Source: the human T2T-CHM13v2.0 reference genome, Homo sapiens. From it: 64,000 nucleotides of DNA. The stretch lies in the NCBI RefSeq assembly GCF_009914755.1, contig NC_060929.1. The stretch is one strand, 5' to 3'. The position numbers were made by a program, and so were the translations under genes. The notes under the pieces are model-generated. The model saw only the letters and a program-made list of their open reading frames with translations, had not been told where the DNA came from and searched no databases. Shown here piece by piece: positions 19,594-30,905 of the stretch (within the stretch, counting starts at the first letter, position 1; the number at the start of each line of letters is the position of its first letter).

Positions 19594-21704
19594 TGATTTA
19601 CTTTGGATGTGTCCCCACCCAAATCTCACCTAGTATTGTAGTAATTCCCACGTGTCAAGGGTGGGGCCAGGTGCAGATAACTGAATCATGGGGATGGTTC
19701 CCCCCATACTGTTCTTGTGGTAGTGAATAAGTCTCATGAGATCTGATGGTTTTATAAATGAGAGTTCCCCTGCACATGCTCTCTCCTGCCTGCCACTATG
19801 TGAGACATGCTTTTGCACCTCCTTGCCTTCCACCATGATTGTGAGGCCTCCCCAGCCATGCAGAACTGTGAGTCAATTCAACCTCTTTCCTTTATAAATT
19901 ACCCAGTCTCAGGTATGTCTTTATTTGCAGTGTGAGAACAGACTAATACAATAAGTTGATACCAGTAGAGTGGGGTGCTGCTGTAAAGATACCCGAAAAT
20001 GTGGAAGCAACTTTGGAAATGGGTAACAGGGAGAGGCTGGAACAGGTTGGAAGGCTCAGAAGAGGATAGGAAAATGTGGGAAAGTTTGGAACTTCCTAGA
20101 GACTTGTTGAATGACTTTGACCAAAATGTTCATAGTGATATGGACAATAAGGTCCAGGCGGAGGTGGTCTCAGATGGAGATGAGGAATTTGTTGGGAAAT
20201 GGAGTGAAGTCACTCTTACTATGCAAAGACACTGCAGGCATTGTGCACCTGTATTAGAAACAGGCATAAGATAGGCGGGAAAGAGTGAAAATAAGAATTT
20301 TTTTCTAGAGTTCCCTAGAGATCTGTGGAACTTTGAACTTGACAGAGATGATTTAAGGTATCTGACAGAAGAAATTTCTAAGCAGCAAAGCATGCGAGAA
20401 GAAGCAGAGCATAAAAGTTCAGAAAATTTGTAGCCTGATGATGCAACAGAAAAGAAAAATCTATTTTCTGAGGAGACTGGGTTGTAGAAATTTGCATAAG
20501 TAATGAGGAGCCAAATGTTAATCACCAAGACAATGGGGCAAACGTATCCAGGGCATGTTAGAGACCCTCACAGCAGACCCTCCCATCACAGGCCAGGAGG
20601 CTTAGAAGGAAAAATGGTTTTGTGGGCCCAGAACCCCCTGCTGTGTGCAGCCTAGGAACTTGGTGCCCTGCATCCCAGCTGCTCCTGCCATAGGTAAAAG
20701 GGGCCAAGGTACACCTTAGGCCATGGCTTCAGAGGGTGCAAGTTCCAAGCCTTTCAGGTTCTAGGTGGTGTTAAGCCTGCAGATGCTCTGAAGTTAAGAA
20801 TTAAGGTTCACGAACCTCCGCCTAGATTTCAGAAGATGTATGAAAATGCCTGGAAATCCAGGCAAAAGTTTGCTGCGGGGGGGAGGGGGGGCCCTCATGG
20901 ATAACCTCTGGTAGGGCAGTGTCAAAGGGAAATATGGGGTTGGAGCCCCCACACAGAGTTCCCACTGGGGTACTGCCAAGCAGAGATGTGAGAAAAGGGC
21001 CACCATCCTCCAGATCCCAGAATGGTAGATCCACTGACAGCCTGCACTGTGTGCCTGGAAAAGCTGCAGACACTCAATGCAGCCAGAAGGGGGGCTGTAC
21101 CCTGCAAAGCCACAGGGGCGGGGCTGCCCAAGACCCTGGGAACCCACTTCTTGCATCACCTAGATGTGACACATGGAGTCAAAGGAGGTCATTTTGGAGC
21201 TTTAAGATTTGCCTGCTGGGTTTTGGACTTGCATGGGGCCTGTAGCTCTTTCGCTTTGGCCAATTTCTCCCATTTGAAACGAGTGTATTTACCCAATGCC
21301 TGTATCCCTGTGTATCTAGAAAATAACTTGCTTTTGATTTTACAGGCTCATAGGTGGAAGGGACTTGCCTTGTCTCAGATGAGACTTTGGACTATGGAAT
21401 TTTGAGTTAATGCTGAAATAAGAGTTTGGGGGACTTTGGGGAAGGCATGATTGCTTTTGAAATGTGAGGACATGAGATTTGGGAGGGGCCGGGGAAGCAT
21501 TATATGGTTTGGCTCTGTCCCCACCCAAATCTCATCTGGAATTGTAACAATTCCCATGTGTCAAGGGTGGGGCCAGGTGGAGATAATTGAATCATGGAGG
21601 CAGTTTCCCCCATGCTGTTCTCATGGTAGTGAATAAGTCTCATGAGATCTGACGGTTTTATCAATGGGAGTTCCCCTGCACATGCTCTCTCCTGCCCACC
21701 ATGT
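19594..21704 (+). mobile_element. THE1(C/D-like) MaLR element: 5'LTR 19594-19950, internal 19951-21499, truncated 3'LTR 21500-21704
   Basis: Two similar LTR copies (TGTCCCCACCCAAATCTCA...GTTCCCCTGCACATGCTCTCT). The 5'LTR ends GACTAATACA, the internal part starts like THE1-int (TACCAGTAGAGTGGGG), and a purine tract precedes the 3'LTR. Confidence 0.92.
21584..21594 (+). promoter_or_regulatory. DUX4-type motif in THE1 3'LTR (second copy at 19678-19688)
   Basis: TAATTGAATCA and TAACTGAATCA both fit TAAYBBAATCA. Function not shown. Confidence 0.45.
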
Positions 21705-21948
21705 CTGACTAAATTTTGTATTTTTACTAGAGACGGGGTTTCACTATGTTGGCCAGGCTGGTCTCCAACTCCTGATCTCGTGATCCATCCACCTCGACCT
21801 CCCAAAGTGCTAGGATTATAGGCATAAGCCACCACACCCGGCCTCTTTTTTTTCTTTTTCTTTTTTTTATCTGGAGACTGAGTTTTGCACTTGTTGCCCA
21901 GGCTGGAGTGCAATGGTGCGATCTCAGCTCACTGCAGTCTCCGCCTCA
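21705..21948 (-). mobile_element. Two Alu fragments (left arm, then truncated right arm)
   Basis: AATTTTGTATTTTT...GCCACCACACCCGGCC, a T-tract, then GAGTTTTGCACTTGTTGCCCAGGCTGGAGTGC ending abruptly. Confidence 0.8.
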
Positions 21949-22471
21949 GCAGGAGAGCAGGAATCTTCAGTGATCCACGGGCAGATCTGCAGCCACTGTG
22001 GGCACCTGCTCCTCCCACGACCTTCGTGCCCGCGTCTCTCCCTCCAGTACCTATTGCACGACACCCCACGTCCGCCTCCTGCCATTGCCAGCAAGTGCCT
22101 TGTGCGAGTACCTGGCTGTGCTTATTAATCCATTATGGTCGCTCTGTCACTGGTGCCATTATGTGCTCACGTGCCCACTCCCTCAGGTTTAGAAGGCGCG
22201 TTGCCCGGCAACAGAAGAGTCTGCTGGCTTAGCCTTTGGCCGAGTTGGCAGCTGGATGAGGACGCTCAGAGCCCAGCTCTCGAGAGTTCAAGCATCCGAC
22301 GGTTCCCCACTGCTCCCAGGAGCGGTTACCCGGGCACTCTGTGCCCCTCATTCCTGTTTGGGCCAAGGCTGAGGACCTGCGAGTAGGGCTCAGTTGCCTG
22401 GAGCCCCTTCAACCCATCCCCCAGTTCACTTTGCTTGTGGGATCTCCCCGTTGCTCCTGCCCCTGGACTGA

Positions 22472-22745
22472 GTGGCAGGTCATCCTACAAGCACCCAGAC
22501 ACTCGACATCAGTGGTGTCAAGACAACTCCAAGAAGGTTTTCCGTGATCCTGCAAGACCTGTGTTCCATCCTGGTGATTCTGCCTTCAATTTCACTGCAC
22601 AGGTACCATAGCAAGTCAGTGCTGTGTGCTCCGAGTTCCAGGGCATCCTCCAGCTCAGCCACTACACTGAGCACAAGGACTCTGTGGGGCCCCAGGAGCA
22701 GGTAGTCACCCCATTGGGGTTCACAACACCCGGCTGTCCCCAGAC
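22472..22745 (+). pseudogene. Degenerate upstream part of the POM121-derived retrocopy
   Basis: TPRRFSVILQDLCSILVILPSISLHRYHSKSVLCAPSSRASSSSAT resembles recalled POM121 TPRRRYPIHQ..YSC.GVLPTVCWNGYHKKAVLSPRNSRMVCSPVT. It is out of frame with the long ORF. Confidence 0.6.
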
Positions 22746-22780
22746 TTGTGTCCAGGGAAGATAGTGTTGAGGGCCCTCAA

Positions 22781-23427
22781 GGAGAGCGGGGCAGGGATGC
22801 CTGAGCAGGACAAGGACCCTAGAGTCCAAGAGAATCCTGATGATCAGAGAAGGGTCCCCAAGGTCACCGGGGATGCACGGTCTGCATTTCGGCCCCTGCG
22901 GGACAATGGAGTCCTCTCTCCCTTTGTGCCCAGGCCCGGGCCTCTGCAGACATACCTCCATGCCCAGAGGTCAGAAATCAGATATAACCAGACATCCCAG
23001 AATACCTGGACGAGCTCGTGCACCAACCAAAATGCCATCTCCAGCTCCTATAGCTCCGTGGGAGGCTTGCTGGGGCTAAAGTGGAGGAGGGGGCCAGCAG
23101 GGCAGGAGAGCGGGGCAGGGATGCCTGAGCAGGACGAGGACCCTGGAGTCCAAGAAAATGCTGATGATCAGAGAACGGTCCCCGAGGTCACCAGGGATGC
23201 ATGGTCTGCGTTTCGGCCCCTGCGGGACAATGGAGGCCTCTCTCCCTTTGTGCCCAGGCCCGGGCCTCTGCAGACAGAACTGAATGCCCAGAGCTCAGAA
23301 ATCAGATATAACCAGACATCCCAGACCTCCTGGGCGAGCTCGTGCACCAAAAGAAATGCCATCTCCAGCTCCTACAGCTCCACGGGAGACTTGCCGGGGC
23401 TAAAGCAGAGGAGGGAGCCAGCCTCAT
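22781..23427 (+). repeat. 324 bp tandem duplication (2 copies) of the POM121L N-terminal segment
   Basis: ESGAGMPEQD...AISSSYSS occurs twice; anchor TGCCCAGAG at 22961 and 23285. Confidence 0.92.
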
Positions 23428-26400
23428 CCCACTGCCAGCTGACCCTCAGTTACGCAATGACAGTGAGTGAGGACAGGCTTCAGGCTGTCTCTTTGGGTCA
23501 CACACGGTGTGAAAAGGCGGCAGATACAGCACCAGGGCAGACACTCGCCCCAAGGGGTGGCTCCCCCAGATCTCAGGCCTCTAGGCCCCATAGACACAAG
23601 ATTCCCCTGCTGCCACGCAGGCGAGGGGAGCCTTTGATGCTGCCACCTCCCTTAGAGCAGGGGTACCGGGTCACTGCTGAAGACCTGCACCTGGAAAAAG
23701 AGGCGGCATTACAGCGGATCAACAGTGCACTGCAGGTTGAGGACAAGGCCATCTCGGATTGCAGACCCTCACGGCCTTCCCACACTTTGTCCTCACTTGC
23801 AACAGGGGCTTCTGGTGGGTCTCCCGTTTCTAAAGCACCCACTATGGATGCACAGCAGGACAGACCCAAGTCCCAAGACTGCCTGGGCCTAGTGGCCCCC
23901 CTAGCATCTGCTGCAGAGGTCCCCTCTACAGCTCCTGTGTCTGGGAAGAAGCACAGACCACCAGGACCCCTGTTCTCCTCCTCAGATCCCCTTCCTGCCA
24001 CATCTTCCCACTCCCGGGACTCAGCCCAGTACACCTCGCTGATTCCTGCCCCCTTCACAGCTGAAAGCATGGATGCCGGCATGAGAAGAAGGAGGCCTGG
24101 CACATCGGCTCCTGCAGCTGCCGCAGCAGCCCCTCCCCCCTCCACATTGAACCCCATGTTGGGGTTACTACTCAATGCAATGGATGCAGGCCCCTCATAT
24201 TTCTGGGCCTCAGCCACAGCTGCAGCAGGTGCCCAGAGGTCAGAAGTGAGATATAACCAGAGATCCCAGACCTCCCGGACCAGATCGTGCACCAAACGAA
24301 ATGCCAGCTCGAGCTCCTACAGCTCTACGGAAGGCCTCCCGGAACTAAAGCGGAGGAGGGGGCCAGCCTCATCCCACTGCCAGCTGACCCTCAGTTCCTC
24401 AAACACAGTGAGTGAGGACGGACCTCAGGCTGTCTCTTCGGGTCACAGCCACTGTGAAAACAACGCGGATACAGCACCAGGGCAGACACTCGCCCCCAGG
24501 GGTGGCTCCCCCAGATCCCAGGCCTCTAGGCCCCGCATCAACAGTGCACTGCAGGTTGAGGACAAGGCCATCTCACACTGCAGACCCTCACGGCCTTCCC
24601 ACACTTTGTCCTCACTTGCAACAGGGGCTTCTGGTGGGTCTAGCGTTTCTAAAGCACCCACTATGGATGCACAGCAGGACAGACCCAAGTCCCAAGACTG
24701 CCTGGGCCTAGTGGCCCCCCTAGCATCTGCTGCACAGGTCCCCTCTACAGCTCCCGTGTCTGGGAAGAAGCACAGACCACCAGGACCCCTGTTCTCCTCC
24801 TCAGATCCCCTTCCTGCCACCTTTTCCCACTCCCGGGACTCAGCCCAGGTCACCTCGCTGATTCCTGCCCCCTTCACTGCTGAAAGCATGGATGCCGGCA
24901 TGAGAAGAACAAGGCCTGGCACGTCGGCTGCTGCAGGTGCCGCAGCAGCCCCTCTCCCCTTCACATTGAACCCCATGTTGGGGTTACTACTCAATGCAAT
25001 GGATGCAGGCCCCTCATGTTTCTGGGCCTCAGCCACAGCTGCAGCAGGTGCCCAGAGGTCAGAAGTGAGATATAACCAGAGATCCCAGACCTCCCGGACC
25101 AGATCGTGCACCAAACGAAATGCCAGCTCGAGCTCCTACAGCTCTACGGAAGGCCTCCCGGAACTAAAGCGGAGGAGGGGGCCAGCCTCATCCCACTGCC
25201 AGCTGGCCCTCAGTTCCTCAAACACAGTGAGTGAGGACGGACCTCAGGCTGTCTCTTCGGGTCACAGCCACTGTGAAAACAACGCAGATACAGCACCAGG
25301 GCAGACACTCGCCCCCAGGGGTGGCTCCCCCAGATCCCAGGCCTCTAGGCCCCGCATCAACAGTGCACTGCAAGTTGAGGACAAGGCCATCTCGCACTGC
25401 AGACCCTCATGGCCTTCCCACACTTTGTCCTCACTTGCAACAGGGGCTTCTGGTGGGTCTAGCGTTTCTAAAGCACCCACTATGGATGCACAGCAGGACA
25501 GACCCAAGTCCCAAGACTGCCTGGGCCTAGTGGCCCCCCTAGCATCTGCTGCACAGGTCCCCTCTACAGCTCCCGTGTCTGGGAAGAAGCACAGACCACC
25601 AGGACCCCTGTTCTCCTCCTCAGATCCCCTTCCTGCCACATCTTCCCACTCCCGGGACTCAGCCCAGTATACCTCGCTGATTCCTGCCCCCTTCACAGCT
25701 GAAAGCATGGATGCCGGCATGAGAAGAAGGAGGCCTGGCACCTTGGCTCCTGCAGGTGCCGCAGCAGCCCCTCCCCCCTCCACATTGAACCCCATGTTGG
25801 GGTTACTACTCAATGCAATGGATGTAGGCCCCTCATATTTCTGGGCCTCAGCCACAGCTGCAGCAGGTGCCCAGAGGTCAGAAGTGAGATATAACCAGAG
25901 ATCCCAGACCTCCCGGACCAGATCGTGCACCAAACGAAATGCCAGCTCGAGCTCCTACAGCTCTACGGAGGGCCTCCCGGAACTAAAGCGGAGGAGGGGG
26001 CCAGCCTCATCCCACTGCCAGCTGGCCCTCAGTTCCTCAAACACAGTGAGTGAGGACGGACCTCAGGCTGTCTCTTCGGGTCACAGCCACTGTGAAAACA
26101 ACGCAGATACAGCACCAGGGCAGACACTCGCCCCCAGGGGTGGCTCCCCCAGATCCCAGGCCTCTAGGCCCCGCATCAACAGTGCACTGCAGGTTGAGGA
26201 CAAGGCCATCTCGCACTGCAGACCCTCACGGCCTTCCCACACTTTTTCCTCACTTGCAACAGGGGCTTCTGGTGGGTCTAGCGTTTCTAAAGCACCCACT
26301 ATGGATGCACAGCAGGACAGACCCAAGTCCCAAGACTGCCTGGGCCTAGTGGCCCCCCTAGCATCTGCTGCACAGGTCCCCTCTACAGCTCCCGTGTCTG

Positions 26401-27430
26401 GGAAGAAGCACAGACCACCAGGACCCCTGTTCTCCTCCTCAGATCCCCTTCCTGCCACATCTTCCCACTCCCGGGACTCAGCCCAGTATACCTCGCTGAT
26501 TCCTGCCCCCTTCACAGCTGCAAGCATGGATGCCGGCATGAGAAGAAGGAGGCCTGGCACGTTGGCTCCTGCAGCTGCCGCAGCAGCCCCTCCCCCCTCC
26601 ACATTGAACCCCATGTTGGGGTTACTACTCAATGCAATGGATGTAGGCCCCTCATATTTCTGGGCCTCAGCCACAGCTGCAGCAGGTGCCCAGAGGTCAG
26701 AAGTGAGATATAACCAGAGATCCCAGACCTCCCGGACCAGATCGTGCACCAAACGAAATGCCAGCTCGAGCTCCTACAGCTCTACGGAAGGCCTCCCGGA
26801 ACTAAAGCGGAGGAGGGGGCCAGCCTCATCCCACTGCCAGCTGGCCCTCAGTTCCTCAAACACAGTGAGTGAGGACGGACCTCAGGCTGTCTCTTCGGGT
26901 CACAGCCACTGTGAAAACAACGCAGATACAGCACCAGGGCAGACACTCGCCCCCAGGAGTGGCTCCCCCAGATCCCAGGCCTCTAGGCCCCGCATCAACA
27001 GTGCACTGCAGGTTGAGGACAAGGCCATCTCGCACTGCAGACCCTCACGGCCTTCCCACACTTTGTCCTCACTTGCAACAGGGGCTTCTGGTGGGTCTAG
27101 CGTTTCTAAAGCACCCACTATGGATGCACAGCAGGACAGACCCAAGTCCCAAGACTGCCTGGGCCTAGTGGCCCCCCTAGCATCTGCTGCACAGGTCCCC
27201 TCTACAGCTCCCGTGTCTGGGAAGAAGCACAGACCACCAGGACCCCTGTTCTCCTCCTCAGATCCCCTTCCTGCCACCTCTTCCCACTCCCGGGACTCAG
27301 CCCAGGTCACCTCGCTGATTCCTGCCCCCTTCACAGCTGCAAGCATGGATGCCGGCTTGAGAATGAATGCCGGCATGCAAAGAATGTTTTGTGTTCGAAA
27401 TTGTTTGAGGGGTTTGGGTTTATATTTGTT

Positions 27431-27466
<36 letters not shown>

Positions 27467-27491
27467 TACATGGGCATCCTTCAGCTTTTAA
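22797..27491 (+). CDS. POM121L: POM121-like protein 1-like intronless ORF, 1564 aa, tandemly repeated Ser/Pro/Ala-rich, C-terminal hydrophobic segment (coding status unproven)
   Basis: The ORF track starts at TTG 22746; the first ATG is 22797 (GGGATGC). POM121 motifs SAFRPL..NG.LSPFVPRPGPL, RNAISSSYSST and KIPLLPRRRGEPLMLPPP..GYRVTAEDLHLEKEA. No FG repeats, no introns, stop TAA 27489-27491. Confidence 0.7.
23285..27360 (+). repeat. Coding tandem array: one 945 bp unit, three 819 bp units, one partial unit
   Basis: Anchor TGCCCAGAG.TCAGAA at 23285, 24230, 25049, 25868 and 26687. ORF-track repeats recur at 819 bp spacing (24412/25231/26050/26869). Confidence 0.96.
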
Positions 27492-27555
27492 TTATCCGAA
27501 AAATTCTATTTACCCATTGTCAATGTGTATAAATTAATCTGAGTGAATTTTATAC

Positions 27556-27561
27556 AATAAA
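27556..27561 (+). terminator. Candidate polyadenylation signal for the POM121L ORF
   Basis: AATAAA 65 nt after the stop codon, in an AT-rich 3'UTR-like context. Confidence 0.5.
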
Positions 27562-28575
27562 AGGCGAACTTTTATGCATGAAACAATAATTTACAAAAAG
27601 TGTACCAGAAGAAGTATGTTCATTACAAATATAGGAAACATAAATATTACCAAATATTGGCAAGCACTAAAATGTTCAGAAATATAAGTCTATTACAGTT
27701 ATAGCTCTCTCAAGCAAAAAAATAGCAGAGAAAAACTTAGTTTACCTTAGGGGCTATTTATTGACTTAGAGATTTGCTAAAAGGTCAAATGGGGTCACAC
27801 AGAATACTAAGAAGAGCTGTTCACCCAGACCTCACTAAGAACTCTTCTTCATTCAGTAGCTATATAGTAATATGACAACTGCTCCTACCACCCAGAGAGG
27901 AACTACAGCAACTACTCTTTAGCACCTATTGCTCCCAACTCTGCTTTCCAATTATATCACTCAAGCATTCTGGCTCCGTTAACTATTACTTCTGTTACTC
28001 CCAATTGAATTCCCTCTAACCCTCCCACTCTGCCTATTTCAGCTTTCTGCTGCCTCATGACTTCAATTCCATCAGAGTTATGCATTGTTTCCTCTGTACA
28101 TCTTTGCTCTGCTTCCATTGCTAATTCCCTAGTAAAGTGTTGTATATTCAAAGTTCCAAAGAAACAGAATATCCAAGACATCACCAATCGTCCAAAACAC
28201 AGTGTAGGAGGCCACAGTTAAGAGAAGCAAGACCATTAGCTCTTTTTATAGGCTGGAGAACAACAGGATGCTTTGGTCCTGTATCAGCAGGATGCTTTTT
28301 GGGTAGATCCTACTTCCACCCTACTATCGGGTAGATCCTACTGCCACCCTAGCTATGCGCACATGTCAGAGTCCCATGTAATAAAGGAGACAAAAGGAAA
28401 CCACCACGAGTATAAACTAAGAAAAGTACTCCAAGGTTTCTAAGAATGGAGCTGTATAACTCACTTTGCCCCATTTGTTACTTCTCCACGGTACTTACCA
28501 CCGCCTATTATATATATTTTGTTTATAGTCAGTCTTCCCTCATTAGAATGAAAGTTCCGTGAGGATAGGACTATA

Positions 28576-29135
28576 CAGTCAGCCCTCAGTATCCATGGGG
28601 GACTAGTTTCAGGATCTCCTGAGGATAACAAAGGATACTCAAGTCCCTGATATAAAATGACATAGTATTTGCACATCACCTTTGCACATCCTCCCATATA
28701 CTTCATATCAACTCTAGATCACTCATAATATTCAATGTAAATGTCATGCAAATAGTTATTGTACTATATTGTGTAAGGAATAAGGACAAGAAAAAAGTCT
28801 GTACATGTTCAGTACAGACGCAATTTTTTTCCCAATATTTCCAATCCTTGGTTGGCTTAATAAACAGATGTAGAACCCAGGAATAAGTTCTGGTGTCCTA
28901 TTGCATAGTAGGATGAGTATAGTTAACAATAACATATTATATATTTGAAAATAGCCAGAAGAGTAGATTTTGAATTTTCTCCCTACAGAAAAATCATTAT
29001 GCAAATTACCCTGATTTGATCATTACACATTGAGTACATGTATTAAAACATCACATTGTACCCCATATATATGTACAAGTATGTGTCAATAAAAATTTAA
29101 TGTCAATATGTGAAATAAAATGAAAAAATAAAAAT
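28576..29135 (+). mobile_element. MER2-like Tigger MITE (~28576-28880) plus old L1 3' end (~28880-29135)
   Basis: CAGTCAGCCCTCAGTATCCATGGGGG...CTCAAGTCCCTGATATAAAATG, then AATTACCCTGATTTGATCATTACACATTG and an A-rich tail. Confidence 0.75.
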
Positions 29136-29378
29136 TTTTAAAGCTGTAATTATCTCCATCTGGTAGGAATACATATAATCTGAAATAAAAAATATATTTG
29201 TAATTGTTAGGACAAAATAGATTATAGATTATTTTAAGTCTGCAACTTATAAATTACAAAATTCTCACAGAACCTGAAAAATTATTGGTATTGTTAAATA
29301 TTTTAAAAGCTGTCCTTGGAGAGAAAGAAACCTATCAGATTTACATCAACAAGTGCAATATATCAGCCTATTACCATC

Positions 29379-30370
<992 letters not shown>

Positions 30371-30390
30371 CCATCCTATAAGCTACAGAC

Positions 30391-30905
<515 letters not shown>

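Noticed and set aside
20250-20312. ~60 bp apparent non-THE1 insert within the THE1 internal region
   Set aside because: Judged only against a remembered consensus; too short to assign an origin.
22746-22796. TTG start giving a 1581 aa protein as in the ORF track
   Set aside because: Non-ATG start called by a prokaryote-style ORF finder; the first ATG at 22797 is the more defensible eukaryotic start.
23285-27360. Array as CRISPR-like, satellite or assembly artefact
   Set aside because: No spacers, and the units are protein-homologous. The units differ at multiple sites, which argues against simple artefactual duplication, although copy number needs read support.
23573-27376. Repeated antisense ORFs (158-240 aa) and alternative-frame 99 aa ORFs in each unit
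   Set aside because: Shadows of a GC-rich repeat, mostly non-ATG starts. They recur only because the unit recurs, so they are not independent evidence.
28264-28351. Short 24 bp and 28 bp period duplications (CAGGATGCTTT; GGGTAGATCCTACT.CCACCCTA)
   Set aside because: Ordinary two-copy slippage products with no further structure.
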